A stretch of 64,000 nucleotides of DNA from Candidatus Poribacteria bacterium (lineage in GTDB: Bacteria; Poribacteria; WGA-4E; WGA-3G), in NCBI GenBank assembly GCA_965214095.1, contig OZ243938.1, forward strand, positions 1,088,001 to 1,152,000, in the 5' to 3' direction. Below are positions 20,361-29,714 of this stretch, in pieces. Numbering within the stretch: position 1 is the stretch's first letter; each line of letters opens with the position of its first letter. Position numbers and translations under genes: made by a program. The notes below the pieces were generated by a model, which searched no databases, was not told the DNA's origin, and worked only from the letters and a program-made list of their open reading frames with translations.

Positions 20361-22106
20361 ATGAGCAGTAAGATATCTATTTTTCTAATGACTTTGACAT
20401 TTTGTATATCTGTCGGTACTGCCGCAAACGACAGTATAATCTTTAATGAAATACACAATGCTGTTGATGACAAACACGATTGGATTGAAATTAAGAATAT
20501 CACGAATCGTGAAATAAAGTTGAATTCGTGGGAAATTAGCATTGTTACGAGTAGTCAAGATGATGAGGATATAGTTTCGTTCTCAAGTAGAGGCTTAGAT
20601 TACAACCTGAAACCCGGTGCGTTGCTGCTGATTACCAACACACCACACACTCATACAGACTTAATCAAAGGACAAAATATAGCGGATCAGCCTCACAATC
20701 CAGATGTCACTCCGCTATATCTAATTGCAAGAGATCTGCACCTGCCCATTACACCCTATCTGTTAATTTTACGCAATCAACCTGATTTAAACGGCACTCC
20801 AGACCAAATAGAGGATGTTGCTGGTAACTACTACAGAGAAGTTGTTGAGGATAACACGGATATATGGCCGCTGCGCGACACAAAAGCATTTTTTGAGAAC
20901 ACGCAGTTTCTCACACAAGGGAAAGCGTGGCAACGAACAGAACCTATACGAGATGGTTATGACCCGCGTGCATGGGAGGAGAGCGGTTATAAATCTGGAC
21001 TCGGTTATGAAATGAATGCTGATAAAGCAACGAGTCTCGGCACTCCGGGCTATTCAAGCGATATTTACCTGAGAAATGTTAGCAGCGGTGAAGTTGTTTT
21101 CAGTGAAATAATGTTCGCAACGAACAAATTGTCATGGGTTGAACCGCAATGGATAGAACTTTACAACACATCCAATACGAAGGTTGTGGATTTAGAGGGA
21201 TGGTTGCTGATATTTGAGACTGATGATAGAGAAGTTGAAACACGAAATCAGTTTACGAGCATCAATTTGAAGTCAATGGAGATCTTGCCGAAGCAGACAG
21301 TATTATTGGTGACAGGTAAGAGTCGACATTCAGATAATATCCTTGATCGTCAAATCTACGACCTATCGGAACACCACGGGACAGAATTAGGACTTAACAC
21401 ATATCCATCTGTTATATTCGACGGTAAAGGGTTTTCACTGGAACTAAAATCCCCTGATAATACATCTGTGGACAAAGTTGGCAATATGTATGGCCAAGTA
21501 CGGAATTATGATTTGCTCTTTGAGTTTCCGTTTGGTCATAGAAACGGAGATAAAGCTCGGGTCTCCTGGATACGTCGCTTTAACGAAGATGGGACGGTAT
21601 CAACGGGGGATGAGTTGAAGAGTTGGAAACGCACTGCAAAACTAAAAGACTTTGAGTTTGCCGATGTAAGGAGTTATTACGGTAAAGAAACAGATATTGG
21701 AACGCCTGGCTATAGATCAACGACACCGCTACCGGAATCATTATCACTGCCGCTACCCGTCTCACTGTCTGATTTTAGTGCTGAAGTGATGGATACGGGA
21801 GTTGTCATCAAGTGGACAACGGAGTCGGAACTGAATAATGCAGGGTTCAATATCTATCGCAGTGAAACAAAGGAAGGTGAATTCACTGCTGTCAATGCAA
21901 CTCTGATTAAAGGTGCTGGTACTACGGGTGAAAGGAACGATTACACGTGGATAGATACCAGTGCTAAGCCGAATGTTGCTTATTACTATCAGATTGAGGA
22001 GGTGTCTTTTGCTGGTGAACGGCAGACGTTGACAATGCAACGATTGAAAGGGATTGTCTCTGCTAAGGATAGATTGACAACGCTTTGGGGGCAGTTGAAG
22101 CGGTAG
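20361..22106 (+). CDS. Secreted lamin-tail-domain protein with RLTTLWGQLK tail; paralog of the C-terminal part of 5335..8277
   Basis: Signal peptide, then DSIIFNEIHNAVDDKHDWIEIKN identical to the paralog. DNA from 20430 closely matches DNA from 6601. Confidence 0.85.
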   Translation: MSSKISIFLMTLTFCISVGTAANDSIIFNEIHNAVDDKHDWIEIKNITNREIKLNSWEISIVTSSQDDEDIVSFSSRGLDYNLKPGALLLITNTPHTHTDLIKGQNIADQPHNPDVTPLYLIARDLHLPITPYLLILRNQPDLNGTPDQIEDVAGNYYREVVEDNTDIWPLRDTKAFFENTQFLTQGKAWQRTEPIRDGYDPRAWEESGYKSGLGYEMNADKATSLGTPGYSSDIYLRNVSSGEVVFSEIMFATNKLSWVEPQWIELYNTSNTKVVDLEGWLLIFETDDREVETRNQFTSINLKSMEILPKQTVLLVTGKSRHSDNILDRQIYDLSEHHGTELGLNTYPSVIFDGKGFSLELKSPDNTSVDKVGNMYGQVRNYDLLFEFPFGHRNGDKARVSWIRRFNEDGTVSTGDELKSWKRTAKLKDFEFADVRSYYGKETDIGTPGYRSTTPLPESLSLPLPVSLSDFSAEVMDTGVVIKWTTESELNNAGFNIYRSETKEGEFTAVNATLIKGAGTTGERNDYTWIDTSAKPNVAYYYQIEEVSFAGERQTLTMQRLKGIVSAKDRLTTLWGQLKR

Positions 22107-22121
22107 TCAAATTTCGGATAC

Positions 22122-22229
22122 CGGTAGGTTCGGTTTCTTAACCGAACTGGTGTTTGTTCAGTCTCATAGATGCGGTTAGGAAATCCCATCTACCGGGGAG
22201 TGTACACATATTTTTACATTTCACTATAA
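22122..22229. repeat. 108-bp REPIN/MITE-right-end repeat, copy 1
   Basis: Ungapped match to 63130-63237 with 9 mismatches counted by eye; ends TTTCACTATA. Confidence 0.9.
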
Positions 22230-22345
22230 TCGCAGACAACATTCTTGAAAGGAGGAATTAAGTTGCCAATTGTAATACGCGTTCTGTAATAAACGAAAGA
22301 GACCTATTTGTAGAAGTGCTAAAGAATGGCGACTAAAAACAAAAA

Positions 22346-23593
22346 ATGATAACTTTTAAACAAGAAGAATTTGAGAATGTAAGTGCAAAAATTAAGGTTA
22401 TTGGTGTAGGTGGAGCGGGTGGGAATGCTGTGAGACGTATGATTGAAGCTGCGCTCACAGGTATTGAATTTTATGCAGTTAACACAGATCAACAAGCCCT
22501 CCGTTCATGTCATGGTGCAACCCAAATTCAGATCGGTGAGAGCACGACCAAGGGCTTAGGGGCAGGCTCTAACCCAGAAATCGGAGCAAAGGCTGCTACA
22601 GAAGATCGTGAACACCTTCAAGAAATTGTTGATTCAGCAAATATGGTCTTTGTCGCAGCTGGTATGGGTGGTGGAACTGGCACGGGTGCAGCTCCAATTG
22701 TTGCATCTCTTGCGAAGGAAAAAGGTGCGTTAACTATCGGATTCGTGACACGACCTTTCAATTTTGAAGGAAGACGACGTGCCGAAAATGCTGAAGCAGG
22801 TTTGAAGGAACTCCGCAACAATGCAGACTCGGTCATCGTTGTACCTAACCAACGTCTGATTGACAACTTTGATAGAAAACTCACGATTCAAGACGCTTTT
22901 AAGATTGGAGACGAAATCCTATTACACGGTGTTAAAAGCATCTCTGATATTATGACTGAATCAGGTGAGATTAATGTTGACTTTGCAGACGTAGAGACTG
23001 TGATGCGAGATTCTGGAACAGCATTGATGGGTATGGGAAGAGCAACTGGTGATAATCGTGCAATTGTAGCTGCGGAGAAAGCTATTTCCTCACCGTTACT
23101 TGAAGAAACCAGTATTTCTGGTGCTGCTGGGATGATTGTCAATATCACATCTCCTCCTGATTTCACAATGGCTGAATTAGATGAAACAATGCAAGTCATT
23201 GTTGAAGCAGAAGAAGATGCAGAACCGATCTTTGGGTTAGTATACAGAGATAAGCAGGGATTCCAGGATGAAGTTCTGGTGACTGTTATTGCTACAGGCT
23301 TTGACCTGTCAGCAGAACCAAAATCTAATGTTGGACAGGGAATTGGTACGAGTGGCGGTTTCAATCGTCAAGTTCAACCAAATCCAATGCTACAAGGAAG
23401 TAGGGTTAGAAATAATGAGGTTGGGGTAGGAGGAAGAAGTCAATCTGACACACAACAGAATACGTGGGAACGTCAACCACAAGAAAGAGAAACGCGTTCA
23501 CCTCCTCGACCATCGACCCAAGAAAGGCCACCACGCGATGGACAGGAACAGCAAGAAAACACTGAGCAATTGACAGATGAGGAACAAGATTAG
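22346..23593 (+). CDS. ftsZ: Cell division protein FtsZ (no conserved C-terminal peptide)
   Basis: IKVIGVGGAGGNAV, AVNTDQQAL, tubulin signature GMGGGTGTG, PFNFEG, INVDFADV, VTVIATGF. Confidence 0.97.
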   Translation: MITFKQEEFENVSAKIKVIGVGGAGGNAVRRMIEAALTGIEFYAVNTDQQALRSCHGATQIQIGESTTKGLGAGSNPEIGAKAATEDREHLQEIVDSANMVFVAAGMGGGTGTGAAPIVASLAKEKGALTIGFVTRPFNFEGRRRAENAEAGLKELRNNADSVIVVPNQRLIDNFDRKLTIQDAFKIGDEILLHGVKSISDIMTESGEINVDFADVETVMRDSGTALMGMGRATGDNRAIVAAEKAISSPLLEETSISGAAGMIVNITSPPDFTMAELDETMQVIVEAEEDAEPIFGLVYRDKQGFQDEVLVTVIATGFDLSAEPKSNVGQGIGTSGGFNRQVQPNPMLQGSRVRNNEVGVGGRSQSDTQQNTWERQPQERETRSPPRPSTQERPPRDGQEQQENTEQLTDEEQD

Positions 23594-23849
23594 AATAGTG
23601 GTTTGGGTTGTGAAGACGTGCGCGGAGAATGTCCGAGACGCAATAAATTGCGCGACTACGAACCTGTCTTTTCTCTGTAATTGACACATATTGGTCTGAA
23701 ATACTTTACGGAAAACGTCCTGCACGGAGACGTTAAACCCGCAAATTACAAATAATACAAGTGTCCCTCAAAATCATTTGTAGTGCAGGATAAAAGGTTA
23801 GTACCAAAAACTTTACACACCCCTTTGAACTTTGACATCCAGGTATATT

Positions 23850-23986
23850 TATAGTAAACTTCTGAATTAATGGGACATTTTGAGATGTAGGAGGGAACTC
23901 CGATTCCTGATTATCACTGAGTTAACTCGCTATTCGGAGATCGCTTCTACAGGAACTTTGTATTATTGTTTTCAATGTTCACTATA
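23850..23986. mobile_element. MITE-like element with TATAGTRAAC ends carrying a REP doublet
   Basis: Left end TATAGTAAAC 23850; right end GTTCACTATA to 23986; REPIN 23887-23950 inside. Confidence 0.6.
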
Positions 23987-24046
23987 GTTTTAAGAATTCA
24001 ACTTGATTCATGTTTACTAATAGTTTAGATGTCGTATCGGAATATT

Positions 24047-24574
24047 TATAGTAAAACGGACAATTAATGAAACATATTGTCCCAATTGCATATTCATATA
24101 ATGTCCGAGGCGCAATGATGGGGATTAATTTATTCTTTCGGTAATTCATAGACTTTTTAGATGCGATTAGGAAAATGTCTTCTGCGTCACTTGAGCCTAT
24201 GTTATGGACTAAAAGGTGCTGGTATTTGAAGACAGCAGCACCAGCAGTGCGGAATGTGTATAGAAAATGTATCGGACCTATAAGCAAGCACCAGCGGTGC
24301 GAAAGGTGTATCCCTATCCATATACGGACACCTGTCGCCCCTCTGGGACTTGTGTGATGGGTAGTATCGCCTTCCTATACACCTTTCGTCCCGCTGGGAC
24401 TGAGGACACGCATGAAATGAGTTGATCCTCTAAAATGACGGTTTTGGTGTGGTTAGGAAACCGGACCTGAGGGAATCGGGATTACCCAATTAATAAATTA
24501 ATCTTCATAATTGCGCGACTACAAACGCGTTTTTCTAAATGGAAAGTGTATTGTTAATTTCACATTTTACTATA
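24047..24574. mobile_element. MITE-like element (528 bp) with TATAGTAAAA-N6-ATTAA-N4-ACA ends carrying several repeats
   Basis: Perfect 10-bp TIR TATAGTAAAA/TTTTACTATA plus a conserved sub-terminal pattern; no credible ORF inside. Confidence 0.6.
24237..24401. repeat. Four ~25-bp hairpin repeats (two direct, two inverted)
   Basis: AGCACCAGCAGTGCGGAATGTGTATAG 24237, AGCACCAGCGGTGCGAAAGGTGTAT 24287; inverted copies 24328-24350 and 24375-24401. Confidence 0.75.
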
Positions 24575-24736
24575 AATAACCCTAGTTGTATAATTAAATG
24601 ATAGTCACAAATCATATAATCTGATATAATACTGGATTTCATGGGGCTCTTTTTGTTTGGAGAAACATTATAGAGAAACTCATAAAGTTCTAAAAGTATT
24701 TTATAGGTGGTAACTTTCGGTTAGAAAGGGTAGAAA

Positions 24737-25876
24737 ATGAAGAATAAGAAGATTATCATCATTGGTGGTGGTGTGATTGGACTTGGTATCGGGTGGCAGC
24801 TGGCGAAAGCGGGTGCGGCTGTCACCATTCATGAGCGCGGAGAAGCCGGACGCGGTGCATCTTGGGCAGCCGGCGGTATGCTCGGTCCAATTGCAGAAGC
24901 ACATATAGACGAACTCGATCTCCTCAAACTCAGCAACCAAAGTTTAACGCGCTACCCGGAATGGGTTGATGAATTAGAAACCGAAACAGAGATGTCAATC
25001 GGTTACCGAGCAGAAGGCACGCTCATTATAGGAATTGAACCTGATGATACATATCAACTCCGGCATGCTTATACCTTATATGAAGATTTAGGGTTGAATG
25101 TAGCGTGGTTGAGCGGACAAGAAGCGCGTGAAATTGAAGGGGCACTCTCACCTTTTGTGACTGCAGCTATTCGTTGTGAAACTGACCATCAGGTTGATAA
25201 CCGACTGATGGTGCAGGCACTCCAACGTGCCTATCAGGGGCACGGCGGCGTGTTGCATCAAAATAGCACCGTCGAAAGAATTGTCGTAGAAAATGGAACC
25301 ACAACGGGTATTCAAACACAAGAAGGTTTTCAAGGTGCAGATGTGTGTATTCTCGCCGCTGGCTGCTGGTCTGGACAGATCAACGGGTTACCGGAGACGG
25401 TTATTCCTCCCGTGCGTCCCGTGAAGGGACAGATGTTGGCGTTACAAATGCGAGACGGCATTGTGATTAGTAACGTCATCCGCACCGTGAAGGCAAGGTA
25501 TCCGATACCTGTATATTTGGTTCCGAGAACCGATGGTAGACTTGTCGTCGGTGCGACAACGGAGGAACTGGGGTTTGATACGGAGCTGATCGTTGGTGGT
25601 ATCTATGAACTCCTGCACGGTGCGTTTGAAGCTGTGCCGGGGATTTATAAACTGCCACTTCTCGAAACTTGGACAGGTTTACGTCCCGGTAGCAGCGACA
25701 ATGCGCCTATACTAGGTAATACACCAGTCGAGAATCTAATATACGCAACGGGACACTATCGCAACGGTATCTTACTCACACCGATTACTGCTTACGAGAT
25801 TGCTAAGTTGGTTCTGACAGGTGAGACATCAGAGACAATCGCACCATTTCATTTGGATAGGTTTTCAAAGGAGTAG
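24737..25876 (+). CDS. thiO: Glycine oxidase ThiO
   Basis: IIIGGGVIG, ASWAAGGML, VRPVKGQM, YLVPR, GATTEE.GFD, WTGLRPG, ATGHYRNGILLTP. Confidence 0.88.
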   Translation: MKNKKIIIIGGGVIGLGIGWQLAKAGAAVTIHERGEAGRGASWAAGGMLGPIAEAHIDELDLLKLSNQSLTRYPEWVDELETETEMSIGYRAEGTLIIGIEPDDTYQLRHAYTLYEDLGLNVAWLSGQEAREIEGALSPFVTAAIRCETDHQVDNRLMVQALQRAYQGHGGVLHQNSTVERIVVENGTTTGIQTQEGFQGADVCILAAGCWSGQINGLPETVIPPVRPVKGQMLALQMRDGIVISNVIRTVKARYPIPVYLVPRTDGRLVVGATTEELGFDTELIVGGIYELLHGAFEAVPGIYKLPLLETWTGLRPGSSDNAPILGNTPVENLIYATGHYRNGILLTPITAYEIAKLVLTGETSETIAPFHLDRFSKE

Positions 25877-25918
25877 GGTCTTTAGAGTAGTTATGCTATA
25901 TTTTTGAAAGGAAATCGG

Positions 25919-26164
25919 ATGATAAAACTAATCAGATTCGGTCTTTTTGTGGTAATCATAATTCCCGCATCTATTCTTCTGTTTGGAGACAACAGCAACT
26001 GGGGGAGTGGTTTGGTACTTATCGGTCTTGTCCTCGATTTTTGTTTATATACTTACTCAATTCATAGTGATGAGGATTCCGACTTCACAGAAAATCGTTT
26101 CAAAGTTTCTTTAGTCTCCTATATTTTTGCATTCTTTTTCATACTTTATACGATGTCGTCATAG
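25919..26164 (+). CDS. Small membrane protein (about 3 TM), hypothetical
   Basis: AAGGA RBS then ATG 25919; three hydrophobic segments. Confidence 0.55.
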   Translation: MIKLIRFGLFVVIIIPASILLFGDNSNWGSGLVLIGLVLDFCLYTYSIHSDEDSDFTENRFKVSLVSYIFAFFFILYTMSS

Positions 26165-26297
26165 TTTACTATAGTTTGGACTATTTATTGAGGACTTCAA
26201 ATCGTAGATTGGACGAATGTAAGATGGACAATGAAGTGCGCGAATATGAACGCGTTTATCTAGGGTAAATTATTGAATTAATGCCTATATATTGATC

Positions 26298-26491
26298 AGG
26301 CGAGGTTAGGAAACCTCGCCTACCGTGGGTAGTGGGAAATTGGGGTTTGAAACCGCTCCAACAAGAGGACAGCACACGGCGTGTGCCTACTACTTTGCAT
26401 CGGTGTTGGGAAACCTAATGTAAGAGCGAGGTTAGAAAACCTCGCCTACCATGGAGTGGGTAATTGTGAGGTTAGGAAACCGCTCCAACAA
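26298..26491 (-). repeat. REP cluster: two copies of a composite unit plus a GCACAC/GTGTGC REP
   Basis: GCGAGGTTAGRAAACCTCGCCTAC..AAACCGCTCCAACAA at ~26300-26363 and ~26425-26491; GCACACGGCGTGTGCCTACTAC in between. Confidence 0.8.
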
Positions 26492-26548
26492 TGTGAGAGA
26501 ATGTAAGGTTTATTGTTAATTTCAAAAAAGAATAAGGAGTTTATAATT

Positions 26549-28396
26549 ATGATCACACAGATTAAATCCAGTTTTTTGTTTTACATGTTTACGTTATTTA
26601 TGTGCCTCAATTCCGTTTTCTTATGGAACGCTGATGCACAAGATGAACAAAAACCCATTGCCGGACCGGTCGGGACCAACTATATCTATGAGACGATTGA
26701 AGTTCCCGGTGTCAACTTGTTGGAAGTGGCTGCAAGCAACGACTTTGGTGATTACGCAGGTAACACCCGTAGTGCTGATGGCAAAAAAACGATCGGTTTT
26801 ACATTGATTGATGGTGTCTTTACGACTCACGATTTTCCGGGGTCGGTCAATACCTATTTCTTTGCACTGGACAACGTTGGAAAAGCTGCGGGATTCTTCA
26901 TTGATGCCGATGGACTTTACCACGGTGTCATCTTGGATGATGGCAAACTCACGCAATACGATTTCCCCGGGGCGACCGAAACTCTCATCTTCGGTCTTAG
27001 TGATGAGACGGGGGCACTGAGTGGCAATATCGTTGATGCCGAAGGTGTTACACGTGCATTCTCAGGAGATCTGGTAATTACATTTCCGGGTGCTGTGAAA
27101 ACTTATGGCGACTTTGTCAACGCTGCCGGTGTTATCGTTGGTAGTTACGAAGATGCCGATGGCATGAATCATGGGTTCATTCGTAGTCCTGATGGTAGTT
27201 TTACGACTATCGACGTTCCAGATGCAACGGATCTTCAGTTTCTATTTGTGAACGCTATTAACGATAACGGCGTTGTCATCTTCAGGGCAAAAGCTGTGGA
27301 CGATATTCCGCGTTCCTATATCCTGTTTCCCGGCGGTGTTCCGTATGAACTGCGAGTCCCGGGCAGTGTTAGCACTGTGATCCGTAATATTAATCAAGAC
27401 GGTAGTATTATCGGTTATTATGATACACAGGACGGCCGTAGACTCGGCTTCGCTGCGAAGCCTGCGACACCAGCAGACAGAGCAAAGTTTGGTAATACCT
27501 TTGCAATGCATCTGACGAAAGGTTTGAACATGCTGTCTGTGCCGTTGCAACCGACTCTCCACATGACAGCACGGTCGCTTGCAGTGAAGACCGGTGCGAC
27601 GACAGTCATCGCGTTAGATGCCGAAAACCAACGTTTCATTGGTTGGACACGGAGTGCACCGAACGACGGCTTTCCTATTGAAGGCGCAAAAGGGTATATC
27701 ATCAACTTACGAGAGTCACGCAATGTTGTTTTCACTGGAACAATGTGGACGGATCAGACCCAGACACCAGCATCCGCACCTGCGATATCCCAAACAGAGA
27801 AAGCGTGGGCGTTTGTTGTTAGTGGACATTTGGAAGGCAAACGCACTTATGATGACTACCGGGTGATCGTCCGCAACCTGAGAACAAAGAGCACAATCAC
27901 TGCCTCGGTGCAGGGTGATTATTTCGCGGCTGCAACTGCTGACTTAGCGCGACGTAGCGTTGTTCAAGTTGGAGACGTGATTGAATTACAGGTCATCGGT
28001 CCCTATGGAAATGTTGAATCACAGACCTTCAGTGTTAAAGTAACCCCTGAGAACTTGGCAAACGTGGTTTTGTCTATCAGACTTGATGGTATCGGTAAGC
28101 CGACTCAGAATCACTTGTTGCAGAACTACCCGAATCCGTTTAACCCTGAGACGTGGATTCCATATCAACTCTCACAAGACAGTGCTGTCTCAGTATCCAT
28201 ATTTGATACAACTGGTAAGTTGATACGTTCACTTTCACTCGGTTTTCAATCCTCAGGCTTTTATAATAGTCAGGGACGTTCCGCGTATTGGGATGGGAAA
28301 AACGAACTCGGTGAATCTGTTTCGAGTGGGGTGTATTTCTATACTCTCACCGCAGGAGATTTTACTGCGACTCGCAGGATGTTGATACTGAAATAG
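26549..28396 (+). CDS. Secreted protein with HAF-like extracellular repeats (probable beta-propeller) and C-terminal FlgD-Ig/T9SS-like domain
   Basis: AAGGAG RBS and ATG 26549; signal peptide ending ADA; repeats D.PG..T....IN..G..VG.Y; LLQNYPNPFNPETWIPYQL. Confidence 0.8.
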   Translation: MITQIKSSFLFYMFTLFMCLNSVFLWNADAQDEQKPIAGPVGTNYIYETIEVPGVNLLEVAASNDFGDYAGNTRSADGKKTIGFTLIDGVFTTHDFPGSVNTYFFALDNVGKAAGFFIDADGLYHGVILDDGKLTQYDFPGATETLIFGLSDETGALSGNIVDAEGVTRAFSGDLVITFPGAVKTYGDFVNAAGVIVGSYEDADGMNHGFIRSPDGSFTTIDVPDATDLQFLFVNAINDNGVVIFRAKAVDDIPRSYILFPGGVPYELRVPGSVSTVIRNINQDGSIIGYYDTQDGRRLGFAAKPATPADRAKFGNTFAMHLTKGLNMLSVPLQPTLHMTARSLAVKTGATTVIALDAENQRFIGWTRSAPNDGFPIEGAKGYIINLRESRNVVFTGTMWTDQTQTPASAPAISQTEKAWAFVVSGHLEGKRTYDDYRVIVRNLRTKSTITASVQGDYFAAATADLARRSVVQVGDVIELQVIGPYGNVESQTFSVKVTPENLANVVLSIRLDGIGKPTQNHLLQNYPNPFNPETWIPYQLSQDSAVSVSIFDTTGKLIRSLSLGFQSSGFYNSQGRSAYWDGKNELGESVSSGVYFYTLTAGDFTATRRMLILK

Positions 28397-28442
28397 TATC
28401 ATAAGACCTTATGATAGTTGGATTAGGAGCATAATTATCTGC

Positions 28443-28471
28443 TTGACATCCACACACCGTTTTGTTAACAT
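28443..28471 (+). promoter_or_regulatory. Sigma70-type promoter
   Basis: TTGACA 28443-28448, 17 bp, TAACAT 28466-28471 with an extended TG. Confidence 0.55.
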
Positions 28472-28538
28472 TGCAAAAATCAGTTCTTACATATATCATC
28501 GTATCAATGTTAACCAGTGAATTATTTGAGGAGAAAAC

Positions 28539-29588
28539 ATGGCACACACATATAAGACCGTTCTCATTGGATGTGGACGGATGGGGGCAACGATTGATGA
28601 TGAGGTTGCAAACCGTCCGGATAGTTTTATTTGGCAACCTTTCTCGCATGCAGCGGCTGCTGTTGCTTGTGAAAGAACTCATCTTATTGCCGTTTCCGAT
28701 GTTTTTGAAGAGAAGGCAGAAGCAATACGTAAACGTTATGGAGCAGAACGCGCCTATACAGATTATCAAGAGATGATTGAGAAGGAAAAACCTGACATCG
28801 TTTGTATTGCAACACGTCCCGGACCACATGCTGATATTACTGTTTTTGCTGCAGAAAACGGAGTTAAGGGGATATATTGTGAAAAACCGCTTTGCTGTTC
28901 TATGGAAGAAGCAGATATCATAGTGGATGTTGTTGAAAAGCATGGGGTTAAGTTTAACTATGGGACACAACGACGTTACATGCCGATTTATCGCAAAGTG
29001 CGCGAACTCGTTGACGCAGGGGAGATCGGAGATATCCAGTGTACAATAGCACAATATGGTGCCGGCTCAGCACTCTGGGGATTAACACATGCTGCTGATA
29101 TGCTCTTGTTTCTGGCTAAAGATCCTGAAGTTGACTTTGTTCAAGGCACTATCTCTTGTAAAGACTCGGATTGGGATGGTAACCGGTTGAATGTTGATCC
29201 TGGAATACAATGTGGGTATATACGTTATTCTAATGGAGTTCACGGATATAATACTGCCGGTACTGGTCCTGAATATGAAGTCTGTGGCACAGGTGGTAAA
29301 ATCCGTATTCAAAATAATAGTAGAGAAATCCAATTCCGTAAGAAGCAGGGGACATTTTATGAAGAAGTTCCGTTTCCCGATGTCTCTCGCGCAACTGGAA
29401 CCGTAATGGGTATCACGGACATTGCAGAAGCACTTGATGAAGACAGAGAGACAAAGGGACCTGCACATCTTGCCCGCCGCAGTCAAGAAACGTTGATGGG
29501 TATGATTGAATCAAGTCGTTTGGGTGGTCAACGGGTTGCACTTCCAATGGAAAACCGTTCGCTGTATGTTACAAGAGATAACTGGTAG
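28539..29588 (+). CDS. Gfo/Idh/MocA family oxidoreductase
   Basis: VLIGCGRMG, YTDYQEMI, PDIVCIAT, IYCEKPL, HAADML; GAGGAG RBS. Confidence 0.92.
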   Translation: MAHTYKTVLIGCGRMGATIDDEVANRPDSFIWQPFSHAAAAVACERTHLIAVSDVFEEKAEAIRKRYGAERAYTDYQEMIEKEKPDIVCIATRPGPHADITVFAAENGVKGIYCEKPLCCSMEEADIIVDVVEKHGVKFNYGTQRRYMPIYRKVRELVDAGEIGDIQCTIAQYGAGSALWGLTHAADMLLFLAKDPEVDFVQGTISCKDSDWDGNRLNVDPGIQCGYIRYSNGVHGYNTAGTGPEYEVCGTGGKIRIQNNSREIQFRKKQGTFYEEVPFPDVSRATGTVMGITDIAEALDEDRETKGPAHLARRSQETLMGMIESSRLGGQRVALPMENRSLYVTRDNW

Positions 29589-29616
29589 GATCTGTACAGA
29601 TAATTCTGAATATCAC

Positions 29617-29685
29617 ATTGTCAAAATCCTGTGAAAATGACAATATCATCATTTCTGTTGTCAAAAACAGGCAAAAATGATAATA
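29617..29685. promoter_or_regulatory. Two copies of the 28-bp palindrome ATTGTCA-N14-TGACAAT
   Basis: ATTGTCAAAATCCTGTGAAAATGACAAT 29617-29644; GTTGTCAAAAACAGGCAAAAATGATAAT 29657-29684; a third copy at 33542. Confidence 0.7.
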
Positions 29686-29714
29686 GACATTATACGAATT
29701 TAAATTACAGTTGA

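Noticed and set aside
24575-24736. TPP riboswitch upstream of thiO
   Set aside because: No recognisable CUGAGA...ACCUG core in this AT-rich leader.
26298-26491. Repeat cluster as a mini-CRISPR
   Set aside because: Units are heterogeneous REP hairpins with irregular spacing, the intervening sequences are themselves repeats, and there are no cas genes.
28362-29054. Long antisense ORFs (e.g. 28362..29054, 57252..57899, 41389..41877, 22888..23364)
   Set aside because: Shadows of well-supported genes on the opposite strand, with no independent motifs or RBS.
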